Positions 30,526-41,263 are shown, numbered from the stretch's first letter. The stretch: DNA of 64,000 nucleotides from Clostridiales bacterium (GCA_012799455.1 JAAZLE010000014.1:42324-106323); one strand, 5' to 3'. The notes: a model not told the origin generated them from the sequence alone. Numbers and translations: made by a program.

Positions 30526-33315
30526 TTATTTTTCTTTAAATAAAACCTGAAACTTATCGTCTCCATATTCTCCAGGATTTGTCAATTTAAATGCACCATA
30601 TACCGTCGTTATATCATAATCATTCTTGTATACATACTCAAGCCCATAATAATTCCCAGCACTACCTTCGTTACAAAACTCCTCAAACGCAGTAGCTAAT
30701 GCTATTGCATCTGCATTTGACTCTACGTATAAACTCTTCCCTTCTGCATATTCCGTACTTGCATAGTAATTATACGAACCAGTGGAATTTCGCTTTACAT
30801 AGAATGGGTCTGTTAAGTCTACAATTTCTCTATTTTTCTTACCCATATCTATGTCGTTTATTAAGAAATATTTATGAGTCTTTATTTGAAAACGCTTAGT
30901 TCTACTTTCATCTAGAATAGATAACCCATCAGCAGTAACGTCCAAGCTATGCCATTTGTTGGCAATTTTTATCTTATTCCAAGCATGGTTTTCTTCGTTT
31001 TCGTCATTAGAAATAACCACGCCAGACGCCCTAATTGCCTCCATTCCTTCGATTCTAGCCATCAATGAAAATGCCTTTGAAATACCATCGCATACTGCGT
31101 AACCATCTATGAATACGCCATCGAGATAGAACCCTTTATATTTTATTAAGTCCGCTAAGTCCTCTGAAGACATATTCTTACTCAAATTGAGTAGGTTAAA
31201 ATCATAACTATTATGATCAATAATCCAGTCGTGAATAATTGTAGCTTTTTGAAAATCATCAGCATCTTCAGGAACAATCTGCGATAACGCAGTCCTAGCT
31301 TTTTCATATATGGTTCTAGCATTACTTATTTCATTTTGTATCATTGGGTCTAAATCATTCATAAATACAGGCTTATATCCATTTTCTACTGCATATAGAA
31401 GCTGCTCTGAGTTATATACAATGAAAGGATCTGCAAAATCTATTTGGAACACACCAGTTTCGACAGAATCATCTACAACATATGATGTCACCATGCTTTT
31501 TACCTTTATTGTGTCGGGCGCAAGCGCACTGACTGAAGCAATTCTATCCGATTCAGCCTTTTCGGCAAACTCATTTACTTTAATTACATTTTTCCCTTCT
31601 GATGTTATAGTAACTGATGAAAACTCTAATGCTGTGTTTGCTGTGTTGTTTCTATATCCGGACACAGCTTGCATCGCAGCTTCTATTTCCGCTTGCAAAG
31701 TAGTAGACCCAGTTAAATATGTTAGTTTACAAGCAAATGGATTCTTTGCAGTAAACACATAAGAATAATCTACTAATGCTTGAAGCTCTTCTCTACTATC
31801 TATACTGGAGTCTACATAATGTCCAAAAAAATTATAGTAAACATCATCTATATATTGAGATTTAACACCTAAATTGAAGCTATTTTTATATTCTCCGTTT
31901 AAATATATGTTTGCCTCTTTTATGTACATACCATGCACATATATGTTATGGCTTTCGCTAAATGTTGGAGCGTCAATAATGTTTAAGTTTGAAAACCCTC
32001 TATCAAAGTAAATATTACCGGTAAACCCTGCAAAAGATGCTGAACTTATCGTTTCTATTGTATACGGAATTATAACTTTATCAGCAGCATAAGCCTGCGC
32101 AACAAATTCCCCGCCTATTTCTTTTACAGGCGTACCGTCTAGCGAAAATGGTATGTATAGATCTCTGGAGGCACCCATATATCCTGTTATTTTGTAATAT
32201 GCGTTCGGAGCAGTACCTACTTGCTCATACTCAAAATCCGTAGCTATTGTTCCTTCTCTCCATTGTGCATATATTGTCATATCTATGCAGAATGGATATG
32301 TCTCAATCTCTCCAAACCTGTTAGAGATTCTATCTCCACCAGTCTTATTAGAAAACCAACCGATGAATTGGTACCCAGGATAAGGGGCAGGAGGATCTAT
32401 GGAAAGACTTGAGGCATATCTGATTGTCTGAGACGTATACGTATCAGATGAGGGTCCTTCGGGATAGTTGCTATTAAGAGTTGCATTTGTTTCAACACCC
32501 TCAAACACCGCAGATATTTCCACATCTGCTATATATTTATGTGTCATAGGATTGTCTACAACCGTTTTTGTAGTGTTACCAACAATTTGCCATTCTTTAA
32601 ATTCAAAGTTTGGAGCAGCAGAAGCTGTAAAAGTTATTGTATCTTGAGTGCTGTCATCTAGCACATAGTAATTGGAGGAAGGCGTAATATTTCCAGCATC
32701 TTCAATTGGTAGAACGCCACACTTAATGTCCCACTGAGCGTATAAAGTCACTGTCCCTTGTTTTTCATAGTCACCAGGAATATAGTATGTAATTTCCTCA
32801 CCATCAACTCTCTTTTTATCGATGCGATCTCCTACCACTCGATCAATATCGTCATACCAACCTATAAACGCACAACCTTTTCTTGTCGGTATAGGAAGTT
32901 GTAAATCTACGCCATGCGAATAATCAAAAACATTAGCTCCAGGATATTGCCCTCCATTTGCATCTAACGTTATCACTAACGTTACTTCAACCCACTTAGC
33001 ATATAATGTTATATTTGATGAGATAACATTATTTTTTTCTGTCATGTAATCACTCCAAGATTTTGTATATTTCTTGTTATCCACATACCATCCTGCAAAG
33101 GTATATCCATCGCGGGTAGGTGTTGGCATAGTAAAACTATTTGATCCTGGTGTAATTATAATGGGAGCACAAGTAGTCCCACCATTACTAGCAAAAGTAA
33201 TTTTATACTCACTTGCTGTTGGCCGAGAAGGAATCAATCCACATGCTCCTACAGTCGCTGATATAATTAAAATGAATGATACAATTGCTATAAAAACCGC
33301 TATTTTTCTTTTCAT
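30526..33315 (-). CDS. cell-surface lipoprotein with Listeria-Bacteroides (Flg_new-type) repeats and a C-terminal transglutaminase-like core
   Basis: Lipobox-like ATVGAC. Repeats of the form GYTFAGWY / GCAFIGWY / GYQFIGWF. C-terminal YAVCDGISKAF...HAWNKIKI...SLDVT (Cys-His-Asp). Confidence 0.78.
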   Translation of the reverse strand: MKRKIAVFIAIVSFILIISATVGACGLIPSRPTASEYKITFASNGGTTCAPIIITPGSNSFTMPTPTRDGYTFAGWYVDNKKYTKSWSDYMTEKNNVISSNITLYAKWVEVTLVITLDANGGQYPGANVFDYSHGVDLQLPIPTRKGCAFIGWYDDIDRVVGDRIDKKRVDGEEITYYIPGDYEKQGTVTLYAQWDIKCGVLPIEDAGNITPSSNYYVLDDSTQDTITFTASAAPNFEFKEWQIVGNTTKTVVDNPMTHKYIADVEISAVFEGVETNATLNSNYPEGPSSDTYTSQTIRYASSLSIDPPAPYPGYQFIGWFSNKTGGDRISNRFGEIETYPFCIDMTIYAQWREGTIATDFEYEQVGTAPNAYYKITGYMGASRDLYIPFSLDGTPVKEIGGEFVAQAYAADKVIIPYTIETISSASFAGFTGNIYFDRGFSNLNIIDAPTFSESHNIYVHGMYIKEANIYLNGEYKNSFNLGVKSQYIDDVYYNFFGHYVDSSIDSREELQALVDYSYVFTAKNPFACKLTYLTGSTTLQAEIEAAMQAVSGYRNNTANTALEFSSVTITSEGKNVIKVNEFAEKAESDRIASVSALAPDTIKVKSMVTSYVVDDSVETGVFQIDFADPFIVYNSEQLLYAVENGYKPVFMNDLDPMIQNEISNARTIYEKARTALSQIVPEDADDFQKATIIHDWIIDHNSYDFNLLNLSKNMSSEDLADLIKYKGFYLDGVFIDGYAVCDGISKAFSLMARIEGMEAIRASGVVISNDENEENHAWNKIKIANKWHSLDVTADGLSILDESRTKRFQIKTHKYFLINDIDMGKKNREIVDLTDPFYVKRNSTGSYNYYASTEYAEGKSLYVESNADAIALATAFEEFCNEGSAGNYYGLEYVYKNDYDITTVYGAFKLTNPGEYGDDKFQVLFKEK

Positions 33316-33444
33316 GACGTCACCTCGGACAGTATCCCCATACTTTTATTTGCATAGTGATCTACGTAGTCTTTCACAACTACTTACCATTAATTATACT
33401 ACTAAATAAAGTACATTTGAAGGAACACCCAAATATTTTTACAC

Positions 33445-33469
33445 AAAAAATCACCTCAGCGGAGGTGAT
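33445..33469 (-). terminator. intrinsic terminator of the ABC exporter operon
   Basis: Minus strand: ATCACCTC-CGCT-GAGGTGAT followed by TTTTTTG. Confidence 0.75.
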
Positions 33470-33514
33470 GCTGTTCTAAATTAACTAGCTTATTAAAAAG
33501 TTTCCCATCTATTA

Positions 33515-35431
33515 TTACTCCCAAGTATATAGGCCAGTAAATAGTTCATAGTACTTACCTTTTTGAGCCAGCAGGTCTTCGTGATTGCCTCTTTCTATTA
33601 TCTCTCCGTTTTCAATAACCAAAATAGCATCTGCGTTACGGACAGTAGATAGTCTGTGTGCTATTACAAACACGGTTTTACCTTCCATTAGTTGGGCAAG
33701 GCCCTGTTGTATAACTGCCTCAGTTCTTGTATCTATAGAACTTGTTGCTTCATCTAAAACAAGCACTGGCGGATCAGCAATTGCAGCTCTTGCAATGTTA
33801 ATTAACTGGCGCTGACCTTGAGATAGATTAGAGCCATCCGCGGTTAACATCGTGTCTAAACCTTCGGGTAAATGACTAATAAATGAAGTTGCGTTAGCTA
33901 TTTCTACCGCTGCCTCTACTTCTTCATCTGTTGCATCTAATTTACCATACCTTATGTTTTCCCTTACGGTGCCAGTAAAAAGATGTGTGTCTTGCAATAC
34001 CATTGCCATGGACTTTCTTAAATCTGCTTTTTTAATCTTTTTGATATTTATACCATCATACCTGATTTTACTATCCTCTGGGATATCATAAAACCTGTTG
34101 ATTAAGTTAGTGATTGTTGTCTTACCCGCTCCAGTTGCACCAACTAAAGCTATCATTTGACCAGGTTTTGCATATAGGTTTACATTCTTTAATACGGGCT
34201 TTCCCTCGACATACGAAAAATTCACGTTTTCAAAAACTATATCTCCATCAAGAGGCTTGTATGTAGTTGTGCCAAGCTGTTTATGAGGATGTTTCCACGC
34301 CCATCTTCCCGTCCTTTCTTCGCATTCTTTAATTTCATCACATCTTGCTTCACAATTAACTAATGATACATATCCTTCATCTGCTTCGACTGGTTCGTCT
34401 AACATATCGAATATTCTCTTAGCACCTGCTATCGCCATCATAACCGAGTTAAACTGTTGTGATACTATGGTAACAGGTCTACTAACTTGGCGTGATAGTT
34501 GTAAAAACATTGTAATCGTAGCAATCGCTCCTGTTATGGGACCTAAATAACCATGTATAGCTAATGCCGCACCACTCATTGCCACTGTTGCATAGTTAAT
34601 ATATGAGATATTTCCAAGAAGTGGCATTAACATATGAGAATACGTATGACCTTTCGTGCCCATCTTCCTTAGTCCTTGGGACTTTTCTTCAAATCCTTTT
34701 ATGATAACATCTTCATGGCAAAAAACCTTAACAACCTTTTGCCCCGATACATACTCTTCAGCATATCCATTAACACTTGCAGTTTCTTCTTGTATCCGAA
34801 TAAAATACTTACCCGTTTTAGAGGTAAAAATTACAACCAAAATACCTATTATTACCAGACTGCCAACAACGACAAGTGTTAGCAGTGGACTAAGTACCAA
34901 CATAGAAACGAAAACCGAGATTATTATTACTGTTGCATGTATTAATTCCTTAAAGCCATTACTAAGCAGTTCGCGAATTGCATCGGTATCGTTTGTGTAT
35001 CTAGACATGATGTCTCCACGGAGATTATTATCAAAGTATGATACAGGTAGGTTTTGCATGTGTTTAAACATCTTTATTCTAAGTTCACATAACATAGAAG
35101 TCGAAAGAGTTAATGTTAATCTAGCTGCAATCGTAAGAGATATAACGGATACAAGATATAGTGCTATTAAGACACCCATCATCTTTGCAAGTCCTATGAA
35201 GCGCTCTGGGTCATTGGTTAATGCTCTATCGAATATAAATGACAATATTTCTTTTAGGTACATAGTAGCAACAGCATACATCACCGCATGAATGATAATT
35301 GTTACAGCAACTATAATGGCATGTGTTCTAAAATTGCCTATTTCTTTAAATAAGCGCTTAAAAACAGTCCAACTGTCTTTTAAATTAAGTCTTGCAGGAC
35401 CTTTTCCCTTTCCCATTCCGCCGTGTGCCAT
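33515..35431 (-). CDS. ABC exporter, fused permease/ATPase (second half of a heterodimer)
   Basis: 6-TM domain plus Walker A GATGAGKTT, LSQGQRQ and VLVLDEATS. The start ATG overlaps the upstream stop (TAATG). Confidence 0.9.
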   Translation of the reverse strand: MAHGGMGKGKGPARLNLKDSWTVFKRLFKEIGNFRTHAIIVAVTIIIHAVMYAVATMYLKEILSFIFDRALTNDPERFIGLAKMMGVLIALYLVSVISLTIAARLTLTLSTSMLCELRIKMFKHMQNLPVSYFDNNLRGDIMSRYTNDTDAIRELLSNGFKELIHATVIIISVFVSMLVLSPLLTLVVVGSLVIIGILVVIFTSKTGKYFIRIQEETASVNGYAEEYVSGQKVVKVFCHEDVIIKGFEEKSQGLRKMGTKGHTYSHMLMPLLGNISYINYATVAMSGAALAIHGYLGPITGAIATITMFLQLSRQVSRPVTIVSQQFNSVMMAIAGAKRIFDMLDEPVEADEGYVSLVNCEARCDEIKECEERTGRWAWKHPHKQLGTTTYKPLDGDIVFENVNFSYVEGKPVLKNVNLYAKPGQMIALVGATGAGKTTITNLINRFYDIPEDSKIRYDGINIKKIKKADLRKSMAMVLQDTHLFTGTVRENIRYGKLDATDEEVEAAVEIANATSFISHLPEGLDTMLTADGSNLSQGQRQLINIARAAIADPPVLVLDEATSSIDTRTEAVIQQGLAQLMEGKTVFVIAHRLSTVRNADAILVIENGEIIERGNHEDLLAQKGKYYELFTGLYTWE

Positions 35432-37158
35432 TACATTACTCCTCCTTGTTGTGAGGAATAAATTTCCTTGTATATATCATTTGTTTTCATTAATTCTTTA
35501 TGGGTGCCAATGCCATTAATTTTACCATCATCAATGACGATTATTTTATCTGCATCAATCACAGATGCAATTCTTTGAGCAATTATTATTAATGTAGTTC
35601 CAGCCACATCTTTTTTTATTGCATCTCTTATAGCTCTTTCCGTAGTAGAATCAACTGCATGAGTACTGTCATCTAAAATCAAAATTTTTGGTTTTTTAAG
35701 GAGTGCTCTAGCGATGCATAGTCTTTGTTTTTGTCCTCCGGAAACATTAGTTCCTTCCTGAGTTATCATGCTCTGATATCCATCCGGGAAACCCATAATA
35801 AAATCATGTGCAGATGCCACCTTACATGCCTTTTCTATCTCCTCTTGGGTAGCATCCATGTCTCCCCAGCGTAGGTTTTCTTCGATTGTGCCAGAAAATA
35901 ATGTGTTATTTTGGAGAACCATTCCAACTGCTTGTCTTAATTCATCAATTTTATATTCTCGCACATCAATCCCACCTACTTTTATTGATCCTTCCGTAAC
36001 ATCATAAAGTCTTGGAATTAATTGAACAACACTACTCTTTCCTGACCCAGTGCCTCCTACAATACCAATGGTTTGTCCTGGCAAAACTTCAAAATTAATA
36101 TTGCTTAATACATCATTTTCAGCATCGGCTTTATACTTAAATGACACATTTTCAAATGTTACACTACCTTCTTTTACTTTTAAGTTTGCATCTGCTTCGT
36201 CATCTCTAATAGTCGGAATCTCATCTAGTACTTCAATAACTCTTTTTGCAGAAGCTCTGCTCATAAACAAGTTAACAAACACCATAGCAACCATCAATAG
36301 AGACATTAAAAACTGCCCGATATATCCAATTGTTCCAGCGATTCCACCAACAGACATTTCGCCTTTCATAATTTTTATACCACCAAGCCAAACCACCAAA
36401 ATTGTAATGATATAGGTAAGTATATTCATTGCGGGCCCTGCGTAAACGAGTAGTTTTTCTGCTTTGACCTGAGCATTTTTCAAGTCCTCTGCCGCATGTC
36501 TAAAATTATCTGTTTCGTGATCTTCCCTTACGAAAGACTTCACTACTCTAATAGCGCCCAAGTTTTCCTTCACTCTGTTATTAAGGTTATCAAATTTATC
36601 AAATAGTTTTTCAAATAGTGGTACTACAAACTTTGCAGCTAAAATGATACTACCCCAAACAACTGGTATTGATACTAAAAAGATAATTGCAATTATGGGG
36701 TTTATGAAAAATATCATAATTACGCTAAGCGTTAACATTACTGGAGCGCGAAAAGCAATTCTAACTAAAATTGTGAATGCCATTTGTACAAACCCTACAT
36801 CGGTAGTAAATCTAGTTATTAAACTACCTGTACTAAACTTATCTACGTTAGCATATGAAAAGTTTTGTACTTTTCTAAACATTTCTTCTCTTAAATTTGC
36901 ACCAAATCCCATTGAAGCAACAACTGTAAACCTGGCAGATAAAAGTCCAAACCCTAATGCTAAAATTGCTAGAGAAATCATAACAGTGCCATACTTAATA
37001 ACAACCTGCATATTCTGCATTGAAATACCATTATCTACTAATTTTGTCATTATAAAAGGTATAAAAACTTCGCATAAAACTTCTAGTACAACACAAATTG
37101 GAGCAAGTATTGCATACCCCTTATATTGTTTTACACTTGGTGCTAGTTTTCTTATCAT
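35431..37158 (-). CDS. ABC exporter, fused permease/ATPase (first half of a heterodimer)
   Basis: MIRKLAPSVKQYKGYAILAP..., GGTGSGKSS, VSGGQKQR, ILILDDSTHAVD. The track ORF begins 10 codons earlier at a GTG (37188). Confidence 0.88.
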   Translation of the reverse strand: MIRKLAPSVKQYKGYAILAPICVVLEVLCEVFIPFIMTKLVDNGISMQNMQVVIKYGTVMISLAILALGFGLLSARFTVVASMGFGANLREEMFRKVQNFSYANVDKFSTGSLITRFTTDVGFVQMAFTILVRIAFRAPVMLTLSVIMIFFINPIIAIIFLVSIPVVWGSIILAAKFVVPLFEKLFDKFDNLNNRVKENLGAIRVVKSFVREDHETDNFRHAAEDLKNAQVKAEKLLVYAGPAMNILTYIITILVVWLGGIKIMKGEMSVGGIAGTIGYIGQFLMSLLMVAMVFVNLFMSRASAKRVIEVLDEIPTIRDDEADANLKVKEGSVTFENVSFKYKADAENDVLSNINFEVLPGQTIGIVGGTGSGKSSVVQLIPRLYDVTEGSIKVGGIDVREYKIDELRQAVGMVLQNNTLFSGTIEENLRWGDMDATQEEIEKACKVASAHDFIMGFPDGYQSMITQEGTNVSGGQKQRLCIARALLKKPKILILDDSTHAVDSTTERAIRDAIKKDVAGTTLIIIAQRIASVIDADKIIVIDDGKINGIGTHKELMKTNDIYKEIYSSQQGGVM

Positions 37159-37338
37159 AAAATAATTCCCTGTATAAAATATACGCACTTAAAATAATGC
37201 CTTTATAATGATATACCACTTATTAAATTTAGGCAACGTGATTATTGCCATTTATCATTTACATACCTATGGTTTAATGGATATAAAATAAACTTTCTTC
37301 CGTGCCTTATTCAAAATCAAAAGGTCACAAATAATGAA

Positions 37339-38256
37339 TTACTCGTCTCTTATTCCATCTATAAATTTATCTACTGTTTCTTGTAACATCTTTGTGCTTC
37401 TTAAAAATGGATATAAATGAGCACAATGCCCTGCAGTTTTTCCACTTGCAATGTATATGTGATGCTTTACACCTGCTGCATCAAGAGCTGCGCCCATCTC
37501 AGCTGCTTGTTCTCCAATAAACAAATCGCGCTCAGCTTCAATTATAAAAGTTTCACACCAGTTTGAATTAACGTTTTTTACTACATTAATTACATCGTCT
37601 TCATACGGCATCACACTTAAATCTATTTCTTTATCCATTTTTGTTCCAAAAATACAATTTATCAAATCTATGTGCATATTGAATGGCTGAGGATTTTGTA
37701 ATGTTTTCATTAGATTATATGGTGCATAAAAACCCATAAGTGCTCTCGGTCTTGCACCTGTATACTCTGGCAGATTTAATTTTTCTCTAAGCTCTGGTGA
37801 AAATATGCTAGCAATTGTGTGAGCCGCATAATATGCACCCGCACTATCACCTGAAATTACTATCTTTTCGGTATCCAAATCATACTCTTCAGCTAATCCG
37901 TTTATGAAATTTAATGCATTTATACTATCTTCTGTTGCAGCTGGAAAGTTCGACTTTGGCGCCAGTCTATAACCAATATTAATTGCTGCCCAACCTCTAT
38001 CAGCTACATATTTTGTGACACCGCTTCTATAATGCTTCCCACCACCTACAAAGCCACCACCATGTATGTTAATAAACACAGGATACTTACCTTTTTTCTT
38101 CTCTGGACTTAAATATATATCAAGCATGTTTTTAGAACCACACCTTGTGTCATACATGATGTTTTTAATCCTATATACACCGGGATATCTTCTATAATTA
38201 CGTACTGGATGGTTAAAAATGTCACTAATCTTAAAAACAACTTGAGATTTTTTCAC
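37339..38256 (-). CDS. alpha/beta-hydrolase esterase (family IV / HSL-like)
   Basis: Oxyanion motif HGGGF and nucleophile elbow GDSAG. Confidence 0.8.
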   Translation of the reverse strand: MKKSQVVFKISDIFNHPVRNYRRYPGVYRIKNIMYDTRCGSKNMLDIYLSPEKKKGKYPVFINIHGGGFVGGGKHYRSGVTKYVADRGWAAINIGYRLAPKSNFPAATEDSINALNFINGLAEEYDLDTEKIVISGDSAGAYYAAHTIASIFSPELREKLNLPEYTGARPRALMGFYAPYNLMKTLQNPQPFNMHIDLINCIFGTKMDKEIDLSVMPYEDDVINVVKNVNSNWCETFIIEAERDLFIGEQAAEMGAALDAAGVKHHIYIASGKTAGHCAHLYPFLRSTKMLQETVDKFIDGIRDE

Positions 38257-38587
38257 TGCGAGCTCCTAAATAATTTACTAGAAAAATTGTAACATATATG
38301 CGCGTTTTTCTCAATACACACATAGTATATAATTTTGAAATGAATGTATTTCCCCAGGCCTTTTTTATTCATTACTAATTAACCGCTCCATCTCATTTTC
38401 ACTATCCAAAACTCAGCAACCGACAAAGTTTTTAATTTATGCATATTTATTTAAATTTTCCGTGTATAATTTTAATTTTCAATTTAACTGAATGGTGCCA
38501 CTATCACCATATAAGGTTAACCAAAAAGCACATTATTTCATTATTAAAAACCTTATTGTGAGTAAAAATGTATAATTGTGATTTCAT

Positions 38588-38655
38588 TGTGGACAACTGT
38601 GCATAAATGTGGATAACTGCCTATTTTGGGCGATTTTAGGGTATAGTTATCCACA
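38588..38655. promoter_or_regulatory. DnaA-box cluster
   Basis: TGTGGACAA (38588-38596, 1 mismatch), TGTGGATAA (38608-38616, perfect) and TTATCCACA (38647-38655, perfect, inverted). The two perfect boxes lie within an 11-bp inverted repeat, TGTGGATAACT / AGTTATCCACA. Confidence 0.6.
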
Positions 38656-38842
38656 AATTGTATGTTGTTGTGCCTGTTTGGGATCCTTTATTGTTGTATA
38701 AATCTTTAACTTTTTATGTTTATTAAGTCCGCTTTACTCATCTTTATTTCCTTCATTTGTTATTATCCTATTTTTTATCCTTTGTTGTAATGGTGATTAT
38801 TTCTTGTTATACTTTTATTATTACGTTTTTGGAGAGAGAAAT

Positions 38843-40351
38843 ATGACTATCGGAGCAATTATTGGGTATACCGTTTTGGCATTATTTTTAGGATTTATTG
38901 CATTTTTGATAATACGCACTATTAGCGCTAGAAAACCTAAACCCCCAGAGAGCAATTATGTCCCTAACGATATTGATGATACTGTCGTAGATAACCTAGT
39001 TGAAGCTATCAAACACAAAACAATAACAATGCCTAATAACGATCAAGACGGATCTGTGTTTTTAGAGTATCAAGCTTTTTTAGAGAAGGCCTACCCACTC
39101 ATCATGAAAAACTCCACTAAGTATGTTATCAATAAATACTCTGTCATCTATGCGTTTAAAGGAACTGAGTCTGACTCTTTACTTCCCATTGCAATTTTAG
39201 CCCACCAAGACGTTGTTCCCGCCCCTGCAAAAGATTGGGGATTCGATCCTTTCGGTGGTGAAATTTCTGAAGGTTATATATATGGAAGAGGCACTCAAGA
39301 TATGAAGGGACAAATGATATCTGCCCTTGATGGACTTGAGTTTTTACTTAGAGAAGGTAAAAAACCTGCTAGATCGATCTATTTTTGTTTTGGGCACGAT
39401 GAGGAAAGAGCTGGTATTTATGGTGCTTATGAAATCGTTAAGTTTTTGCAACAACGTGATGTTCGCTTTGAGTTTGTACTCGATGAAGGAGGAGCCATAA
39501 TAGACGGTAAAATAATTGGGATAAATAACAAAGTAGCACTTGTTGGAACCTGCGAAAAAGGGTATGCGGATGTAACGCTAGAAGTTGAAAAACTTGGAGG
39601 ACACGCATCTACTCCAACTAGACGAACTGCTGTTGGACTAATGAGCCAAGCTGTTTACAAACTAGAAAAGCGTAAAATGAAGCCCTTCTTTTCAGAACCG
39701 GTGAAGGAAATGTTTGAAACACTTGCGCCATATATGAACCCGTTATTTAAATTTTTCATAGTAAATAGAAGAGTTTTTGGCTGGCTACTTAAGCGTGTTC
39801 TTACTATTGCATCTCCTTTTACTAACTGTATTGTTAGAACTACAATTGCCCCTACACAAATGTTTGGAGCAACTACTCCAAATACTCTACCCCCCGTAGC
39901 AAAGGCAAATGTCAATTGCCGTATAAACACTGGAGAAACCATTGATGATTTAACAAACCACATCAAAAAAGTAGTTGGTAAAAATATAAAAGTTACGGTT
40001 AGAGATGGTGCTTCCAATCCTTCTCTTGTAAGCAGTCCCGATTCTCCAGCTTTTAAGATGATAGGAAAAACAGTATACGAAGTTTTTGATGGTTTTATCA
40101 TGGCCCCATACCCATTTATAGCAACTAGCGACTCAAAATACTACCATGTGTTATCTGATAACGTTTATAGGTTCACACCATTTGAAAAAGAAGAAAGCGA
40201 TGCAAATAGAATTCATGGGGTTAACGAACGACTCTCTGTAAACATGCTAAAAACCGCAACTCAGTTTTTCATTAGACTATACGAAAACACGTGTTTTGAC
40301 GACTTTAGCGTTCCAAAAAGAAAATCTCTTGTAAGCAACCATCTATACTAA
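38843..40351 (+). CDS. membrane-anchored M20-family metallopeptidase (carboxypeptidase-like)
   Basis: N-terminal TM helix. LAHQDVVPA, GRGTQDMKG and GHDEE motifs. The start ATG at 38843 is preceded by GGAGAGAG. Confidence 0.8.
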   Translation: MTIGAIIGYTVLALFLGFIAFLIIRTISARKPKPPESNYVPNDIDDTVVDNLVEAIKHKTITMPNNDQDGSVFLEYQAFLEKAYPLIMKNSTKYVINKYSVIYAFKGTESDSLLPIAILAHQDVVPAPAKDWGFDPFGGEISEGYIYGRGTQDMKGQMISALDGLEFLLREGKKPARSIYFCFGHDEERAGIYGAYEIVKFLQQRDVRFEFVLDEGGAIIDGKIIGINNKVALVGTCEKGYADVTLEVEKLGGHASTPTRRTAVGLMSQAVYKLEKRKMKPFFSEPVKEMFETLAPYMNPLFKFFIVNRRVFGWLLKRVLTIASPFTNCIVRTTIAPTQMFGATTPNTLPPVAKANVNCRINTGETIDDLTNHIKKVVGKNIKVTVRDGASNPSLVSSPDSPAFKMIGKTVYEVFDGFIMAPYPFIATSDSKYYHVLSDNVYRFTPFEKEESDANRIHGVNERLSVNMLKTATQFFIRLYENTCFDDFSVPKRKSLVSNHLY

Positions 40352-40363
40352 AACACACTTTTA

Positions 40364-40398
40364 TTCCTCTGTTAGTCTTCATTAACAGGGGAATTTTT
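40364..40398 (+). terminator. intrinsic terminator of the M20 peptidase gene
   Basis: TTCCTCTGTTA-N8-TAACAGGGGAA followed by TTTTT. Confidence 0.7.
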
Positions 40399-40699
40399 AT
40401 TTAATCATTAATAACTACAGCGCCATTAATTCGCTATTGACCTAGGTAAGATGAAACTATTTATTGCCATAACTAAAAGCCGATTCAATTATTATCTAGT
40501 TTAATTTTTCATAGTGGTTTTTAAAACATGCAACCACTATATGTAGTATATGAAAAAATAGTATTTTAAACTTTTTTTACATATTTTATTTTACCGCTAC
40601 AAAATATTATTTTATGTGATATAATAAATATCCTGCGTCTTATTTTTTCGGTTTTATACCTAGGGTTTTACCTGACTTCAAAACGCATATTATTTTTAT

Positions 40700-41242
40700 T
40701 TGGTGGGACTTGTGATACACGACGAAAACACAAATAACAAACTTCTTGTTTTGCTTATTCTTGAAAAATTAGAGATGCCGGTAAATGAGGATCTCTTACT
40801 TCAAATGTGTTCAATTGATAATGGTTGGATACCATATTTGTATTGCAAACAAGTATTAAATGAAATCATTCAAAGTGGACTTGCTGCTAAAATTGACTCT
40901 CAGGGAGGCCGTCCCCCACTTATATCTTTAACATCTGACGGTAGAGTTTGTCTTGCTCACTTTTATAACGATATCCCACTTTCAAGGCAAGATGAAGTAA
41001 CAGAGTTTATAAAAAAACAACGCATGAACTATAGAAAAAAACAAGAGTTCGTTGCAGATTCTTTTAGAAATAACGATGGGTCATATACAGTAACTTTAAA
41101 AATTTTAGAAATAGCCCAAACCATAGTTGACATTAAATTAGTTGTTCCAACCAGAGCTATTGCCCTTTCTATAACAAATTCCTGGCCCGATAAAGCCCCT
41201 GAAACTTACCGCATGATTTATGAACACCTAATTGAAAACTAA
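40700..41242 (+). CDS. DUF4364-like small protein (putative wHTH regulator)
   Basis: NKLLVLLILEKLEMPVNEDLLLQMC... resembles DUF4364 N-termini as recalled. The exact start is uncertain (TTG 40700, GTG 40703 or GTG 40712). Confidence 0.5.
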   Translation: MVGLVIHDENTNNKLLVLLILEKLEMPVNEDLLLQMCSIDNGWIPYLYCKQVLNEIIQSGLAAKIDSQGGRPPLISLTSDGRVCLAHFYNDIPLSRQDEVTEFIKKQRMNYRKKQEFVADSFRNNDGSYTVTLKILEIAQTIVDIKLVVPTRAIALSITNSWPDKAPETYRMIYEHLIEN

Positions 41243-41263
41243 TAAAGTTTTCGTCTCGCACTT

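Noticed and set aside
38257-38803. Chromosomal replication origin (oriC), suggested by the DnaA boxes and the adjacent AT-rich tract
   Set aside because: Genes on both sides of the region are predominantly on the minus strand, so there is no leading-strand switch. No dnaA, dnaN or rpmH is nearby. Only three strong boxes are present. It is kept as a DnaA-box cluster finding instead. A whole-replicon GC-skew analysis is needed for certainty.
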